A stretch of 64,000 bases of DNA from an uncultured Rikenella sp. (GCA_964621005.1 CAZUIF010000007.1:89955-153954), one strand, 5' to 3'; positions 45,617 through 55,932 are shown, numbered from the stretch's first letter. Numbers and translations are program-made. The notes: generated by a model not told the origin, from the sequence alone.

Positions 45617-45624
45617 CAAATGTA
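45617..45624 (-). promoter_or_regulatory. Candidate -7 promoter box for nifJ (TACATTTG on the minus strand)
   Basis: The plus strand reads CAAATGTA, about 51-58 nt upstream of the nifJ ATG, in the 77-nt AT-rich gap after the rho stop. Confidence 0.35.
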
Positions 45625-45643
45625 CTTATTTTCCATGAGAATA

Positions 45644-47734
45644 TTAATCACTGTTCATCGAAATTAGGAACTCTTCATTTGACCTGGTCTGGTTGATGCG
45701 GTCACGCAGGAATTCCATGGCCTCAACAGAGTTCATATCTGTGAGGTAGTTGCGCAGTATCCATATCTTGTTTAGCATGTTACGTTCAAGGAGCAGGTCT
45801 TCACGCCTGGTGCTTGATGCAGGAATATCAATTGACGGGAATATCCTCCTGTTGGAAAGCTTGCGGTCAAGCTGAAGTTCCATGTTGCCGGTACCCTTGA
45901 ACTCTTCAAAGATGACATCGTCCATCTTCGATCCGGTGTCGGTAAGTGCCGTGGCAATGATTGTCAGCGAACCGCCGTTCTCAATGTTTCGGGCTGCGCC
46001 GAAGAACCTCTTGGGTTTATGGAGGGCATTCGAATCAACACCTCCTGAGAGCACCTTGCCGGATGCCGGGGCGATCGTGTTGAATGCCCTTGCAAGACGC
46101 GTGATTGAGTCAAGCAGGATAACCACGTCATGACCACACTCCACAAGCCTCTTGGCCTTTTCCTGGACTATAGTTGCAATGCGCACGTGCCTTTCAGCCG
46201 GTTCGTCAAAGGTGGAGGCGATGACCTCGGCGTTGACGTTGCGGGCCATCTCGGTCACTTCCTCCGGGCGCTCATCTATGAGCAGTATCATCAGGTAAAC
46301 CTCGGGATGGTATTTGGCAATTGCATTGGCAATATCCTGGAGAAGAATTGTCTTTCCGGTCTTCGGCTGCGCCACGATCAGTCCGCGCTGACCCTTGCCT
46401 ATGGGACAGAACATGTCAACGATGCGAACCGAAAGGTTGCCTTCGCCGGGACGGCAGAGAGTGAATTTCTCGTTGGGGAACAGCGGGGTCAGATAATCAA
46501 ACGGTACCCTGTCACGTATAAAATCAGGTGTGCGGCCATTGATCTCCTCAACCTTTATCAGCGGAAAGTATTTTTCTCCTTCACGCGGCGGACGGATGGT
46601 GCCTCTGATGGTGTCTCCGGTCTTCAGTCCGAAAAGCTTGATCTGCGACTGTGATACATAAATATCATCGGGAGAGCTAAGATAATTATAGTCGGGCGAG
46701 CGAAGGAACCCGTAACCGTCAGGCATGATCTCAAGCACACCTGTATTGGCAACTATCCCTTCGAAATCGTATGCTCTTTCCTTTTTTTCTTCCCTGACAG
46801 GCTCATGAACCTCCGGCTGCGGTGCCGGCACCTCTGATGCTGCAGGCGGAATTACAACCGCACCCTCCTGTGAGGCGGCTGCTTCTATGATTCCGGTTTC
46901 GCTTTCGGTCTCCGGGAACCTGAGGATATCCTGTTCATTGTCAGCTGCTGCGTCAGGTGCAAAGAGGAGCTTGTCAGCCGGTGGCACAGCCTGCTCATTA
47001 CGGTAACCCTGTTCACGGGGTTGCTGCTGTTGCTGCGGCTGTTGCTGCGGCTGTTGCTGGCGTGAGGAAGACTGTCCGGCATCTCCCTGCCGGTCTGATT
47101 GCTGCTGGTTTTGCTGACGGTTGTTGTCAGGCCTGTATGATCCCGGCTGGTCATTCCTGAAACGGGGACGCCTGTCACGGTTTTGCTGCCACTGTTGCTG
47201 CCTGTTCTGCTGCTGGCCCTGCTGTCCCTGCTGACCCTGTTGTCCCTGCTGTCCCTGCTGCCCCTGCTGTTGTGGCTGTCCCTGTTGCTGTGACTGAGGC
47301 TGCTGCTGGCTCTGCGGATTTGGCTGGCCCTGTTGCTGAGGTCTGCCTTGCTGCTGACCATGCTTTTGTTTTGCCTGCTGACCCTGGTTTTGCTGCCTCT
47401 GCTGCTGTGGCTGACCCTGCTGGGCCTGTTGTCCCTGCTGCTGAGGCTGACCCTGGCTCTGTGGCTTGGGCTGCTGCTGGCCTCTTTGCTGTCCGGACCT
47501 TTCAGGTTGCTTTTGTTTCTGCCGTTGTCCCTGGTGGTCCTGTTTCCTGTCTGCAGGCTGGTTTTCACTTTTGGCAGTCTTGCGCGTTTCAGCGGCGTCT
47601 ATGGCCTGCTGGTCAAGGATCTTATATATGAGATCCTGTTTCTTGAGGAGTTCTACCCTCTTAATTTTGAGCTGCTTGGCAATCTCCCTCAATTCGGGAA
47701 CCAGCATCTCGCTCAGTTCAAGAATATCATGCAT
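45644..47734 (-). CDS. rho: Transcription termination factor Rho with a long Gln/Gly-rich N-terminal insertion
   Basis: 696-aa ORF. It has the Rho N-terminal helix bundle ([18 protein letters not shown]) and a roughly 200-aa Q-rich tract. The CSD-like RNA-binding domain ([14 protein letters not shown]) and the RecA core ([28 protein letters not shown]) follow. Confidence 0.93.
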   Translation of the reverse strand: MHDILELSEMLVPELREIAKQLKIKRVELLKKQDLIYKILDQQAIDAAETRKTAKSENQPADRKQDHQGQRQKQKQPERSGQQRGQQQPKPQSQGQPQQQGQQAQQGQPQQQRQQNQGQQAKQKHGQQQGRPQQQGQPNPQSQQQPQSQQQGQPQQQGQQGQQGQQGQQGQQGQQQNRQQQWQQNRDRRPRFRNDQPGSYRPDNNRQQNQQQSDRQGDAGQSSSRQQQPQQQPQQQQQPREQGYRNEQAVPPADKLLFAPDAAADNEQDILRFPETESETGIIEAAASQEGAVVIPPAASEVPAPQPEVHEPVREEKKERAYDFEGIVANTGVLEIMPDGYGFLRSPDYNYLSSPDDIYVSQSQIKLFGLKTGDTIRGTIRPPREGEKYFPLIKVEEINGRTPDFIRDRVPFDYLTPLFPNEKFTLCRPGEGNLSVRIVDMFCPIGKGQRGLIVAQPKTGKTILLQDIANAIAKYHPEVYLMILLIDERPEEVTEMARNVNAEVIASTFDEPAERHVRIATIVQEKAKRLVECGHDVVILLDSITRLARAFNTIAPASGKVLSGGVDSNALHKPKRFFGAARNIENGGSLTIIATALTDTGSKMDDVIFEEFKGTGNMELQLDRKLSNRRIFPSIDIPASSTRREDLLLERNMLNKIWILRNYLTDMNSVEAMEFLRDRINQTRSNEEFLISMNSD
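46990..47575 (-). repeat. Low-complexity CAG/CAA/GGN tract encoding the Q-rich region of Rho (includes a (GQQ)6-type 9-nt tandem tract at about 47211-47275)
   Basis: The protein segment [40 protein letters not shown] is encoded here. The DNA shows reiterated CTGCTG(T/C/G)CC units on the plus strand. Confidence 0.85.
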
Positions 47735-47968
47735 GTTGTAAAATGTGTAGAAGAATTAATTTCGATTGTTTTTGATGAAGCGGGAATATGAAAGAGTTCC
47801 TCCGGCTGAGTAAACGACTTGCGTCATTATTCCGATGCAAGTTTAAATAATAATTGGTTAAAATACAAATTGTCAGGCAAAATAACCTCAACTATTGTTT
47901 TTTTGAGAATGTTTTAGTAAAATTGTAAGCTTTTGCTTGAAGGAAACGGCAGGAAGTTCGCTAATTAG

Positions 47969-48838
47969 TTGTCAATGCGTCAGTTAAAAATCACCAAACA
48001 GGTCACTAACCGTGATACTCCTTCTCTTGACAAGTATCTTCAGGAGATAGGAAAGGTTGAGCTGATCACGCCGGATGAGGAGGTCTCGCTGGCCAGACGC
48101 ATACGTACAGGTGACCATGATGCACTTGCAAGGCTTGTTAAAGCCAACCTGCGGTTTGTCGTTTCAGTGGCAAAGCAATACCAGAACCAGGGAATGACCC
48201 TCCCTGACCTGATCAATGAAGGCAATCTGGGACTGATAAAGGCTGCCCAGCGTTTTGACGAAACAAGGGGCTTTAAGTTCATATCCTATGCCGTGTGGTG
48301 GATCAGGCAGGCTATCCTGCAGTCGCTTGCCGAACAGGCAAGGATAGTCAGGCTGCCTGTGAACAAAATAGGGTCAATAAACCGTATCAACAAGGCATAT
48401 TCGAAGCTGGAGCAGGAATATGAACGTGAGCCGTCTGCACAGGAGATAGCTGATCTGCTGGAGATTGCCCCGGAAGATGTGAAGGAGGCGATACGCACAA
48501 ACGGACGTACACTCAGTATGGACGCGCCTATAAGTTCGGAAGAGGACAACAACATGTACGACGTGATGCAGAACGAAGACACGCCCAGTCCTGACCGCAA
48601 CCTGATCAATGAATCGCTCTCGTATGAGATAGAAAAAGCCCTGAACACACTTTCGCCCCGCGAGGCAAGGGTTCTGAAACTGTATTTCGGCATAGGGATG
48701 AAACACCCGTTCACCCTGGAGGAGATAGGAGAGGAACTGAAGCTGACACGCGAACGGGTAAGGCAGATAAAGGAAAAGGCCATAAAACGTATACAATTCA
48801 CTACCCGCTGCCGGATACTGAAGTCATACCTTGGCTGA
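47969..48838 (+). CDS. rpoD: Primary RNA polymerase sigma factor (sigma-70 family, short Bacteroidota type)
   Basis: 289-aa ORF. Region 2 reads [37 protein letters not shown]...[13 protein letters not shown]. Region 4 reads [24 protein letters not shown]. Confidence 0.9.
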   Translation: MSMRQLKITKQVTNRDTPSLDKYLQEIGKVELITPDEEVSLARRIRTGDHDALARLVKANLRFVVSVAKQYQNQGMTLPDLINEGNLGLIKAAQRFDETRGFKFISYAVWWIRQAILQSLAEQARIVRLPVNKIGSINRINKAYSKLEQEYEREPSAQEIADLLEIAPEDVKEAIRTNGRTLSMDAPISSEEDNNMYDVMQNEDTPSPDRNLINESLSYEIEKALNTLSPREARVLKLYFGIGMKHPFTLEEIGEELKLTRERVRQIKEKAIKRIQFTTRCRILKSYLG

Positions 48839-48862
48839 TGTTCACACAGATATTTTTTAGTT

Positions 48863-49516
48863 ATGAGCCATCTTGTTGCACCGTCACTTCTTGCCGCTGA
48901 TTTTGCCAACCTCGCATCCGAGGTTGAGATGATCAATGAGAGTGAGGCCGACTGGCTTCACCTTGACATAATGGACGGTCTGTTTGTACCCAATATTTCA
49001 TTCGGTTTCCCGGTTATGGAGGCTGTGCGCGATCTTTCGGCCAAACCTCTTGACGTACACCTGATGATAGTTGATCCTGACAGGTACCTGGAGCGGTTCA
49101 GGGAAGCAGGCGCATCGAACCTGACTGTTCACTATGAAGCGTGCCATAACCTGCACCGCACCGTCACCGAGATCCGCAGGCTTGGGATGAAGGCCGGTGT
49201 GACACTGAACCCGCATTCGCCGGTTATACTCCTTAAAGATATTCTTCCTTATATAGACATGGTGCTTCTGATGACGGTTAACCCTGGTTACGGCGGACAG
49301 ACCTTCATCCCCGGCAGCATAAACAAGATAGGAGAGTTGCGGAGCATGATTGACGAGGGTGGCTATGACGTGATGATAGAGGTCGACGGCGGTATTGATC
49401 TTCATAACGCTCCTGTACTTGTTCATGCAGGTGTGGATGTGCTTGTGGCCGGAAATACAGTTTTCTCCTCGTCAGACCCTGCCGAAGTGATCAGGAGACT
49501 GAAGGAGCCTGTCTGA
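48863..49516 (+). CDS. rpe: Ribulose-phosphate 3-epimerase
   Basis: 217-aa ORF with APSLLAADFANL...LHLDIMDGLFVPNISFG...MTVNPGYGGQ. Confidence 0.93.
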   Translation: MSHLVAPSLLAADFANLASEVEMINESEADWLHLDIMDGLFVPNISFGFPVMEAVRDLSAKPLDVHLMIVDPDRYLERFREAGASNLTVHYEACHNLHRTVTEIRRLGMKAGVTLNPHSPVILLKDILPYIDMVLLMTVNPGYGGQTFIPGSINKIGELRSMIDEGGYDVMIEVDGGIDLHNAPVLVHAGVDVLVAGNTVFSSSDPAEVIRRLKEPV

Positions 49517-49521
49517 TTCCC

Positions 49522-50427
49522 TTACTCTGCCAGCCTGGAGTCAATCCAGGAGTTCATCATCTCCTGTTCCGAAGCATCAAACCAGCTGATCTCACTGTCC
49601 CTGTTCCACCAGGTAAGCTGCTTTCGGGCATATCGCCTTGTGTTCCTCTTTATGAGCATCACCGCCTGGTCGCGTGTTATCTCCCCGTCAAACCACCTGA
49701 ATAATTCACGGTAACCGACAGTATTCAGGGCATTCAGTCCCCTGTATCCTGTAAGAGAAGCAGCCTCCTCCTCAAGCCCGGCCACCATCATTGCATCAAC
49801 CCTGGCGTCAATCCTCCTGTAAAGCTCTTCCCTGGACCGGGTAAGCCCGGCTTTGATGATCCTGAAATCACGCTTCCTGACAGGTGCTGTGAGGAACGAG
49901 GAGTATGGCATCCCGGTGCTTTCGGTGATCTCCAGTGCCCGCAGGATCCGCCGTGGATTGTGAAGATCAATCCTCGCATAAGAGGCCGGGTCAAGCATCC
50001 TGAGGGCGATGCGAAGGCCTTCGATCCCCTCGTTGGCATACATCGTGAGATATTTTTGCCTTACGGCCGGATCGGTATCAGGGATATCATCCATGCCCCT
50101 GCAGACCGCATCCATGTAAAGCATTGATCCGCCGGTCATCACGGCTACCGGGTTTGAATCAAACAACACAGAAAGAAGGGCCATGACATCCCTTTCAAAC
50201 AGGCTTATACTGTAATAGTCGGTTACGGAGAGAAACCCGATGAAATGATGCCTTACCCGGGCAAGCTGCTCCTCATCCGGTGCTGCAGTGCCTATCCTCA
50301 TCTCACGGTAAAACTGGCGGGAATCACATGATATAATCTCGCACTTCAGCCTTTCGGCAAGCTCAACGGCGAAAGCAGTCTTGCCTACACCGGTTGAGCC
50401 GGGCAGGACTATGAGCGTATTTTTCAT
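49522..50427 (-). CDS. miaA: tRNA dimethylallyltransferase
   Basis: 301-aa ORF with the P-loop GSTGVGKTAFAVELA and the stretch IISCDSRQFYREMRIGTAAP. Confidence 0.92.
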   Translation of the reverse strand: MKNTLIVLPGSTGVGKTAFAVELAERLKCEIISCDSRQFYREMRIGTAAPDEEQLARVRHHFIGFLSVTDYYSISLFERDVMALLSVLFDSNPVAVMTGGSMLYMDAVCRGMDDIPDTDPAVRQKYLTMYANEGIEGLRIALRMLDPASYARIDLHNPRRILRALEITESTGMPYSSFLTAPVRKRDFRIIKAGLTRSREELYRRIDARVDAMMVAGLEEEAASLTGYRGLNALNTVGYRELFRWFDGEITRDQAVMLIKRNTRRYARKQLTWWNRDSEISWFDASEQEMMNSWIDSRLAE

Positions 50428-50445
50428 CTGGTCAGGAAGGAGAGA

Positions 50446-51030
50446 TTAATCCTCCTCCTCTTCATCAATGTTCTCGATGTTGTCGAATTCCGAAAGGTCA
50501 TCCTCATCTTCACCCTCGAAGAAGATTTCGTCATCAACGACCTCCTCATCAACAACAACATCATCATCATCGTCATCATCTGTGACAACGAGGTTGTTGT
50601 ACTTCTTGCGTGATACACCTCCGAAGGTCACCTGCTTCGGGGGCAGTCCCTTCGAGTTTATACAGACCGGATATTCCTTATCGTCCTCTTCCTTGAACTC
50701 ACCTACGTATTCAACGAAGAGAGCCCTGTCATTGAAAAAGTCAAAAACATAGAGCAGTTTCTGGTTTTTGCGGAAGATAACCTCTTCGAGAACGGCGTTT
50801 TCCATCGTTGAGGAGCCTGCTCCCATGTCAAACAGCGTGAACTCTTCTTCCTTCTCCCAGCTTTCTGTAGCCATATAGAAAGAAGCAATCTGGGAACGGT
50901 CAAACTCCAGCTCCTCCTGCAGGGCATTATGAAAATCAAGTAAAGACTGATTTTCCAGGAACTCAAACTCCCTCACAAACGCCTCATCTTCATCAGATAA
51001 CACCACAAATCTGTAAACCATAACACTCAC
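50446..51030 (-). CDS. Conserved hypothetical protein with a poly-Asp/Glu C-terminal tail (possibly pRiA4b ORF-3-like fold)
   Basis: 194-aa ORF. The N-terminal pattern YRFVVLSDEDEAFVREFEFLENQSLLDFHNALQEELEFD resembles PRiA4_ORF3-type domains, from memory only. The C-terminus reads VTDDDDDDDVVVDEEVVDDEIFFEGEDEDDLSEFDNIENIDEEEED. Confidence 0.35.
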   Translation of the reverse strand: MSVMVYRFVVLSDEDEAFVREFEFLENQSLLDFHNALQEELEFDRSQIASFYMATESWEKEEEFTLFDMGAGSSTMENAVLEEVIFRKNQKLLYVFDFFNDRALFVEYVGEFKEEDDKEYPVCINSKGLPPKQVTFGGVSRKKYNNLVVTDDDDDDDVVVDEEVVDDEIFFEGEDEDDLSEFDNIENIDEEEED

Positions 51031-51078
51031 TTTTTCAACCTGTGCAATTTAATATTTTTTATAATAGATTCAATTCGA

Positions 51079-52131
51079 CTAATTTTTTTTTAGCAGGAAT
51101 CTGATTGTGTCAACATTGTCCGCATAATCCCATAAATCGGGCTGTTGCGTAGTGCCGAAAGGAAGATGGCCATGTCCGGCTATGCACTGGATCATGCCGG
51201 CAGCCATCTCCGGGCCGGTGGCCGGATCCGTTCCTGCTGTGTAATACTCATAGTGTACGACTGCCATCGGAGGGGTCAGTGACGGTGACTCCTTCAGCAG
51301 CACGAACCCGCCGTCAGTGAACTGCTCCCGGTTCACCATCATCACTGCCCTGTGGTGATCATAGTTCACGTCATACTTGTAGTGTGAACGGAGCTTTGCA
51401 AAACGTTCCCAACGGGGAAGGAGGGATGCCGGGTCATAACCGGCAGGCAGCCATAGCTTTGAAACGTTGCGGCATCCAAGCCCGAAGTATGAAAAAATAT
51501 CTTCCCCGAGCAGTTCTGTCTCGGTATCGTTCTCTGCCCCGTCAATTATCGCTATGCTGTTCCTGTTCCGGCGGATTATTGAAGGTACGTTTCTGAAATA
51601 ATACTCAAAATATCTGGAGGTGTTATTGCTACCCGTGGCAATGACCTTTTCAAACCCCTTGAGCCTCTCGGTTGTCATCTCAATTGACGGTCCCAGTCCC
51701 GGTTCAATCTCTACCAGGGCGGCTGCCACTGCCCGCATCATAGTCTCGTCCTTGGTGCTCAGCCTTGCCAGCAGGCGGTTGCCTGTAACAAGGACACACA
51801 GCATGTCATGGAATCCAACCATGGGTATATTGCCTGCCATGACAACACCAACAGGAACAGGTTCGTGTTCCTCATGAATTTCCGGGTATGCCGAGAGCCA
51901 CCTGGAAATGTTCTCCCGGGTGAGTGAGCTGCCAGTCGCTGAAAGGGCAAGTCTTGTATTTTCAGGTGTGAACCACGGGTTGGCCCGGAACAGTGTACCT
52001 GCAAGCGCCGAAAAGCGGCCGGCAAGCCCGGATCCGGCCCCTGACGCACCCTCGCGCATGATACCTCCCAGCTCCGCGAAAGCATCAATTCTCCGTTCAA
52101 GTGTAAGATTTCCCGTTTTCACCCGGGCAAA
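51079..52131 (-). CDS. LuxC-family acyl-CoA reductase-like protein
   Basis: The stretches GNIPMVGFHDMLCVLVTGNRLLARLSTKD, ATGSNNTSRYFEYYF...IIRRNRNSIAII and GEDIFSYFGLGCRNVSKLWLP match the Bacteroidota 'acyl-CoA reductase' (PF05893) pattern. I prefer a GTG start at 52131 (VKTGNLTLERRIDAF) over the ORF-track ATG at 52215, which overlaps the divergent gene. The start is uncertain. Confidence 0.65.
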   Translation of the reverse strand, partial: FARVKTGNLTLERRIDAFAELGGIMREGASGAGSGLAGRFSALAGTLFRANPWFTPENTRLALSATGSSLTRENISRWLSAYPEIHEEHEPVPVGVVMAGNIPMVGFHDMLCVLVTGNRLLARLSTKDETMMRAVAAALVEIEPGLGPSIEMTTERLKGFEKVIATGSNNTSRYFEYYFRNVPSIIRRNRNSIAIIDGAENDTETELLGEDIFSYFGLGCRNVSKLWLPAGYDPASLLPRWERFAKLRSHYKYDVNYDHHRAVMMVNREQFTDGGFVLLKESPSLTPPMAVVHYEYYTAGTDPATGPEMAAGMIQCIAGHGHLPFGTTQQPDLWDYADNVDTIRFLLKKN

Positions 52132-52289
52132 GGTAAAAAATGAAGTGAAACATACAGCACAGCTTTCCGGAGTTGTTTCTGACCGGAACCTGTGCCTGCC
52201 TTCCGGAGTCATCATTTTTTGAAGGGTATTGGAAGGGAGAAATTCAGAAAAGCTGTATCTTAGTTCCTTCTAAAGGTGAAGGAAGTACC

Positions 52290-53531
52290 GTGAAAGGATT
52301 GACATTATTCTGGGAGAATGTCAGGGTTGCATTCAAGGCTATCAGGTCAAACCGGGTCAGGGCTGCCCTGACGATGGCAATCATCGCATTTGGCATCATG
52401 GCCCTGGTGGGCATCCTTACCGCCATCGACGGTCTCAAGAGCACCCTCACGGAACAGTTCACAATGATGGGCGCCAATTCATTCACAATCACTTCCCGCT
52501 CAATGCGCATAACGATGGGCGACCAGCATATCCGGACAAAGAATCATTCACAGATCACTTACCGGGAGGCTGTTGAATTCAAGGATAAATTCAGGGAACC
52601 GGCATGGGTGTCTATATCGTTCAATGCATCGGGTATGGCTGAGTACCGGTTCGGTAACAAAAAGACAAATCCCAACATTTCGATAATCGGCTCGGATGAG
52701 AACTACATGACAATTGCCGGTCAGGAGCTTGAATCAGGCAGGAACTTCTCACAGGAAGACCTCGCCGGAAGCAGGCATGTGGTCATTATAGGACAGGACA
52801 TTGTCAGGTTCCTGTTTCCGGGGGTGGATCCGATAGGCAAGGAGATCAGCCTGCCCGGACTGAAGCTCACCGTTATAGGGGTGATAAAGAGCGTGGGGGC
52901 AAGCATGATGGGTTCTGACCAGTTGACAATTATCCCGATAACAACTGCAAGACAGTATTTCTCACGGCCGAATATTACATATAATATAGGAGTGATGCCC
53001 CAGAAGTCGGTCAGCCTTGACATGATGACCAGTGAAGCCGAGGGCATATTCCGTATTGTGCGCAACCTTGACCCCCGCGATGAGTCAGACTTCAACATTC
53101 AGAAAAGTGACTCAATCATCGAGATGCTGATGGAAAACATTAAATATGTGACGCTTGCTGCTACCATAATCGGCCTCATTACACTGTTCGGGGCTGCGGT
53201 GGGGCTGATGAACATAATGCTTGTGTCGGTCACAGAACGGACGAGGGAAATAGGCGTTCGCAAGGCTCTCGGTGCCCGCAAATCGGTAATCAGGCAGCAA
53301 TTTCTTTATGAATCTGTCATTATAGGGCAGATGGGGGGGCTTTTAGGAATTGTGGCAGGGATACTGATGGGCAACCTCGTCTCCCTTGGGATGGGATCCA
53401 GCTTTACGGTACCATGGGTCTGGGTTATCGGGGGAGTAATTGCATGTTTCCTGGTAGGGATGGCTTCAGGATATTTTCCCGCTGTCAAGGCATCCGCAGT
53501 TGACCCGATTGAGGCCCTGAGGTACGAGTAA
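52290..53531 (+). CDS. ABC transporter permease (MacB-like periplasmic core + FtsX domain)
   Basis: The stretch WENVRVAFKAIRSNRVRAALTMAIIAFGIMALVG, a large periplasmic loop and the C-terminal FtsX region ERTREIGVRKALGARKSVIRQQFLYES support the call. The start is uncertain: GTG at 52290 is preferred, and the ORF-track ATG is at 52173. Confidence 0.8.
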   Translation: MKGLTLFWENVRVAFKAIRSNRVRAALTMAIIAFGIMALVGILTAIDGLKSTLTEQFTMMGANSFTITSRSMRITMGDQHIRTKNHSQITYREAVEFKDKFREPAWVSISFNASGMAEYRFGNKKTNPNISIIGSDENYMTIAGQELESGRNFSQEDLAGSRHVVIIGQDIVRFLFPGVDPIGKEISLPGLKLTVIGVIKSVGASMMGSDQLTIIPITTARQYFSRPNITYNIGVMPQKSVSLDMMTSEAEGIFRIVRNLDPRDESDFNIQKSDSIIEMLMENIKYVTLAATIIGLITLFGAAVGLMNIMLVSVTERTREIGVRKALGARKSVIRQQFLYESVIIGQMGGLLGIVAGILMGNLVSLGMGSSFTVPWVWVIGGVIACFLVGMASGYFPAVKASAVDPIEALRYE

Positions 53532-53580
53532 CCGAAGCCGGACTGAAAGCCCCTGTTTTACAGAAGAAGGAGTTACGAAG

Positions 53581-53958
53581 ATGAGCATAGAGATTATACA
53601 GGCCGGATCGAACAATATCCCCCGGATCACATATGACCAGGAGGAGGATGTTCTCAGCATCACCGGCCGATCCATCGCCGAGAGGCCGGACATAATCTAT
53701 ATTCCCCTCGAACAGTGGATAAAGGCTCATCTTGAACGGTTTACGCAGCTGAGGATCGTTATTTTCCTGGAGTATATAAACAGCGGGTCATCAAAGGCAC
53801 TCCGCGATGTGCTCAGGATGATCAGCAGCTACCGTGCTCCCCGTTACAGGATAAGGATAACCTGGCTGTATGAAGAGGATGATGAGGCCATGCATGAACT
53901 GGGTGAACACTACCGTGATTCTGCCGGCATAAATATGGATGTGCAGATGGTGCTCTGA
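53581..53958 (+). CDS. DUF1987 (SiaC-family) protein
   Basis: 125-aa ORF. P-R-I-T-Y-D....L.I.GRSI.E.P...Y.P...W..., followed by FLEYINSGSSKAL, matches the DUF1987 pattern as I recall it. Confidence 0.6.
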   Translation: MSIEIIQAGSNNIPRITYDQEEDVLSITGRSIAERPDIIYIPLEQWIKAHLERFTQLRIVIFLEYINSGSSKALRDVLRMISSYRAPRYRIRITWLYEEDDEAMHELGEHYRDSAGINMDVQMVL

Positions 53959-53993
53959 TCCCGATACGTATTCAGGACAGGTATATATATGGT

Positions 53994-54020
53994 AACGGGG
54001 GGTCTCAGACCCCCCGTTAC
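53994..54020. terminator. Perfect GC-rich hairpin between convergent genes (candidate bidirectional terminator)
   Basis: TAACGGGGGGTC-TCA-GACCCCCCGTTA has a 12-bp perfect stem. It lies between the DUF1987 stop (53958) and the gap stop (54049). There is no strong U-tract. Confidence 0.5.
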
Positions 54021-54048
54021 GTCATATGATGCAGTTATCTGCCTGTTT

Positions 54049-55059
54049 TCAGAGCATCTTGCCCATCATCTGGATGAGGTCGACACACCTTGCCGAGTAA
54101 CCCCACTCGTTGTCATACCATGACAGGACCTTGATCATCGTGCCGTTGACCATGGTGCTCTGTGCATCGAATATTGATGATGCGGGATTGTGGATGACGT
54201 CAACGGAGACGATCTCGTCTTCGGTATACTCCAGGATTCCCTTCATCGGACCTTCGGCAGCCTTCTTCATTGCTGCGTTGATCTCTTCCTTCGTTGCGGG
54301 CTTCCTGATTACGGCAACGAGGTCGACAAGCGAACCGGTGGGCGTCGGGACCCTAACGGAGATGCCGTCAAGTTTGCCCTTGAGCTCGGGGATAACCTTG
54401 CCCACTGACTTGGCTGCGCCGGTGGTTGTAGGTATCTGTGAGAGAGCAGCTGACCTGGCCCTGCGGAGATCCTTGTGCGGCAGGTCAAGTATACGCTGGT
54501 CATTCGTGTATGAGTGAATGGTAGTCATGTAACCGATCTCCAGGCCGAAGTTGTCATTGAGAACCTTTGCAACGGGAGCAAGACAGTTTGTTGTGCATGA
54601 GGCATTTGAAACGCAGCTGTGCTCAGGCTTCAGTACATCGTCATTCACACCCACAACAATCATGGCATCAATGGCGTCCTTGGCAGGAACGGTAAGAATA
54701 ACCTTTTTGGCTCCGTTCTTCAGGTGATCACCGTAACCACCCTTCGGGCTTTCCTTTGAGGTGAAAATACCGGTAGATTCAATTACAATGTCCGGTTTTG
54801 TTTCCCATGGAATTGCTGCCGGATTCTTCTCTGCGGTGACCTTTATCTTGTCACCCCTGACTATAATATTCTGCTCATCATAGGTGACGCCCGGGTATTG
54901 GCCCTGGGTGGAGTCATACTTGAGGAGATGAGCAAGCGTCTTTGTGTCTGTAAGGTCATTGATCCCCACTATCTCAATGTTGGGCATTTCAAATGCCATC
55001 TTGAATACATTACGGCCAATCCTTCCGAAACCGTTGATTGCTACTTTAATCTTTGCCAT
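54049..55059 (-). CDS. gap: Type I glyceraldehyde-3-phosphate dehydrogenase
   Basis: 336-aa ORF with [14 protein letters not shown] and the active site [12 protein letters not shown]. Confidence 0.95.
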   Translation of the reverse strand: MAKIKVAINGFGRIGRNVFKMAFEMPNIEIVGINDLTDTKTLAHLLKYDSTQGQYPGVTYDEQNIIVRGDKIKVTAEKNPAAIPWETKPDIVIESTGIFTSKESPKGGYGDHLKNGAKKVILTVPAKDAIDAMIVVGVNDDVLKPEHSCVSNASCTTNCLAPVAKVLNDNFGLEIGYMTTIHSYTNDQRILDLPHKDLRRARSAALSQIPTTTGAAKSVGKVIPELKGKLDGISVRVPTPTGSLVDLVAVIRKPATKEEINAAMKKAAEGPMKGILEYTEDEIVSVDVIHNPASSIFDAQSTMVNGTMIKVLSWYDNEWGYSARCVDLIQMMGKML

Positions 55060-55094
55060 TGTTATAATGTTAATATGGTTACTAAAACGAATGA

Positions 55095-55102
55095 CAAAAG
55101 TA
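55095..55102 (-). promoter_or_regulatory. Candidate -7 promoter box for gap (TACTTTTG on the minus strand)
   Basis: The plus strand reads CAAAAGTA, 36-43 nt upstream of the gap ATG (55059). Confidence 0.4.
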
Positions 55103-55137
55103 CAAAATAAAAAGGAGAGCCAATGTATGTGTGGAAA

Positions 55138-55932
55138 TTATTCTGCAGGCTTCCTGCGAAGCAGGTCAGACAACCCCCGCTTGTTAACGGGATCGAGGAT
55201 CATGCCGATGCGGTAACTGACAAATATTGAGGGAAAGAACTGTTTATTGTCATCACTGGCCATGATCGGAATCTTACTCATGAAGGCATGCAGCGATGCA
55301 CCCACCTCTATGGCATGGGTTACCCTGTCGTTCTTGCTGTATTCGAAATTGAACCCTGTCCGGGTGTAAAGGCCGGGGTAGAGCTTTATCTCATCAAATC
55401 CCTTGAAGAAGGAAGCCTTGCTCATTATATCGAGGGGCTGGTGTATTGTAAGGTCAAACTTCTGCTCCTCGATCGTGTAATAATCATCTCCCAGCAGAAC
55501 AATGATCTTGTAATAGATGGGCTTGGCGAAAAGCAGTGTAGCTCCGCCTCCGCCGAACCAGCTTATAGATACGCCGCCCAGGTCGCGCTTTTCAAAGATC
55601 TCCATCTGGTAGCCGGCACCGGCACCTGTCGTCCATGTGGAGTTCAGCTTCCCGAACACGAATGAACCGGGACTCTGAAAATAATAGTTGGACAGTTTTA
55701 TTTCCTTGGGGTGCTTGAAGCCTTCGACACTTCCTTCAATAAACCAGCGCTGGTTTGGCTTGAACTGGCGGAGGTCACGGTATATAGCTGACCATCCGTC
55801 AGCATTCAGTGCGGCTCCTATAGATTTTTCATTTCGCCAGAAAATGCGGTTCTGCGGGTCAATATCTCCCTGCCCCGCGAGCGGCCCGCAGATTAACAAA
55901 AGAAGAACAACGTGCCAAATACTCTTAATCAT
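55138..55932 (-). CDS. Exported hypothetical protein (possible outer-membrane beta-barrel)
   Basis: The start is taken at MIKSIWHVVLLLLICGPLAGQ (signal peptide). The body has alternating aromatic/glycine-rich strands (GAGAGYQMEIF, GGGGATLLFAKPIYY, GFNFEYS). No motif was recognised. Confidence 0.4.
   Translation of the reverse strand: MIKSIWHVVLLLLICGPLAGQGDIDPQNRIFWRNEKSIGAALNADGWSAIYRDLRQFKPNQRWFIEGSVEGFKHPKEIKLSNYYFQSPGSFVFGKLNSTWTTGAGAGYQMEIFEKRDLGGVSISWFGGGGATLLFAKPIYYKIIVLLGDDYYTIEEQKFDLTIHQPLDIMSKASFFKGFDEIKLYPGLYTRTGFNFEYSKNDRVTHAIEVGASLHAFMSKIPIMASDDNKQFFPSIFVSYRIGMILDPVNKRGLSDLLRRKPAE

Noticed and set aside
46885-47568. A 227-aa same-strand alternative-frame ORF (S/R/N-rich) inside rho, together with antisense ORFs at 46957-47160, 47272-47631, 47333-47791 and 47466-47741.
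   Set aside because: All are frame shadows of the CAG/CAA/GGN low-complexity tract. Repetitive codon content keeps every frame open. The rho frame alone carries recognisable Rho domains on both sides.
48286-48936. A 216-aa minus-strand ORF, and another at 48374-48796.
   Set aside because: They are antisense to rpoD and rpe, which have unambiguous sigma-70 and Rpe motifs.
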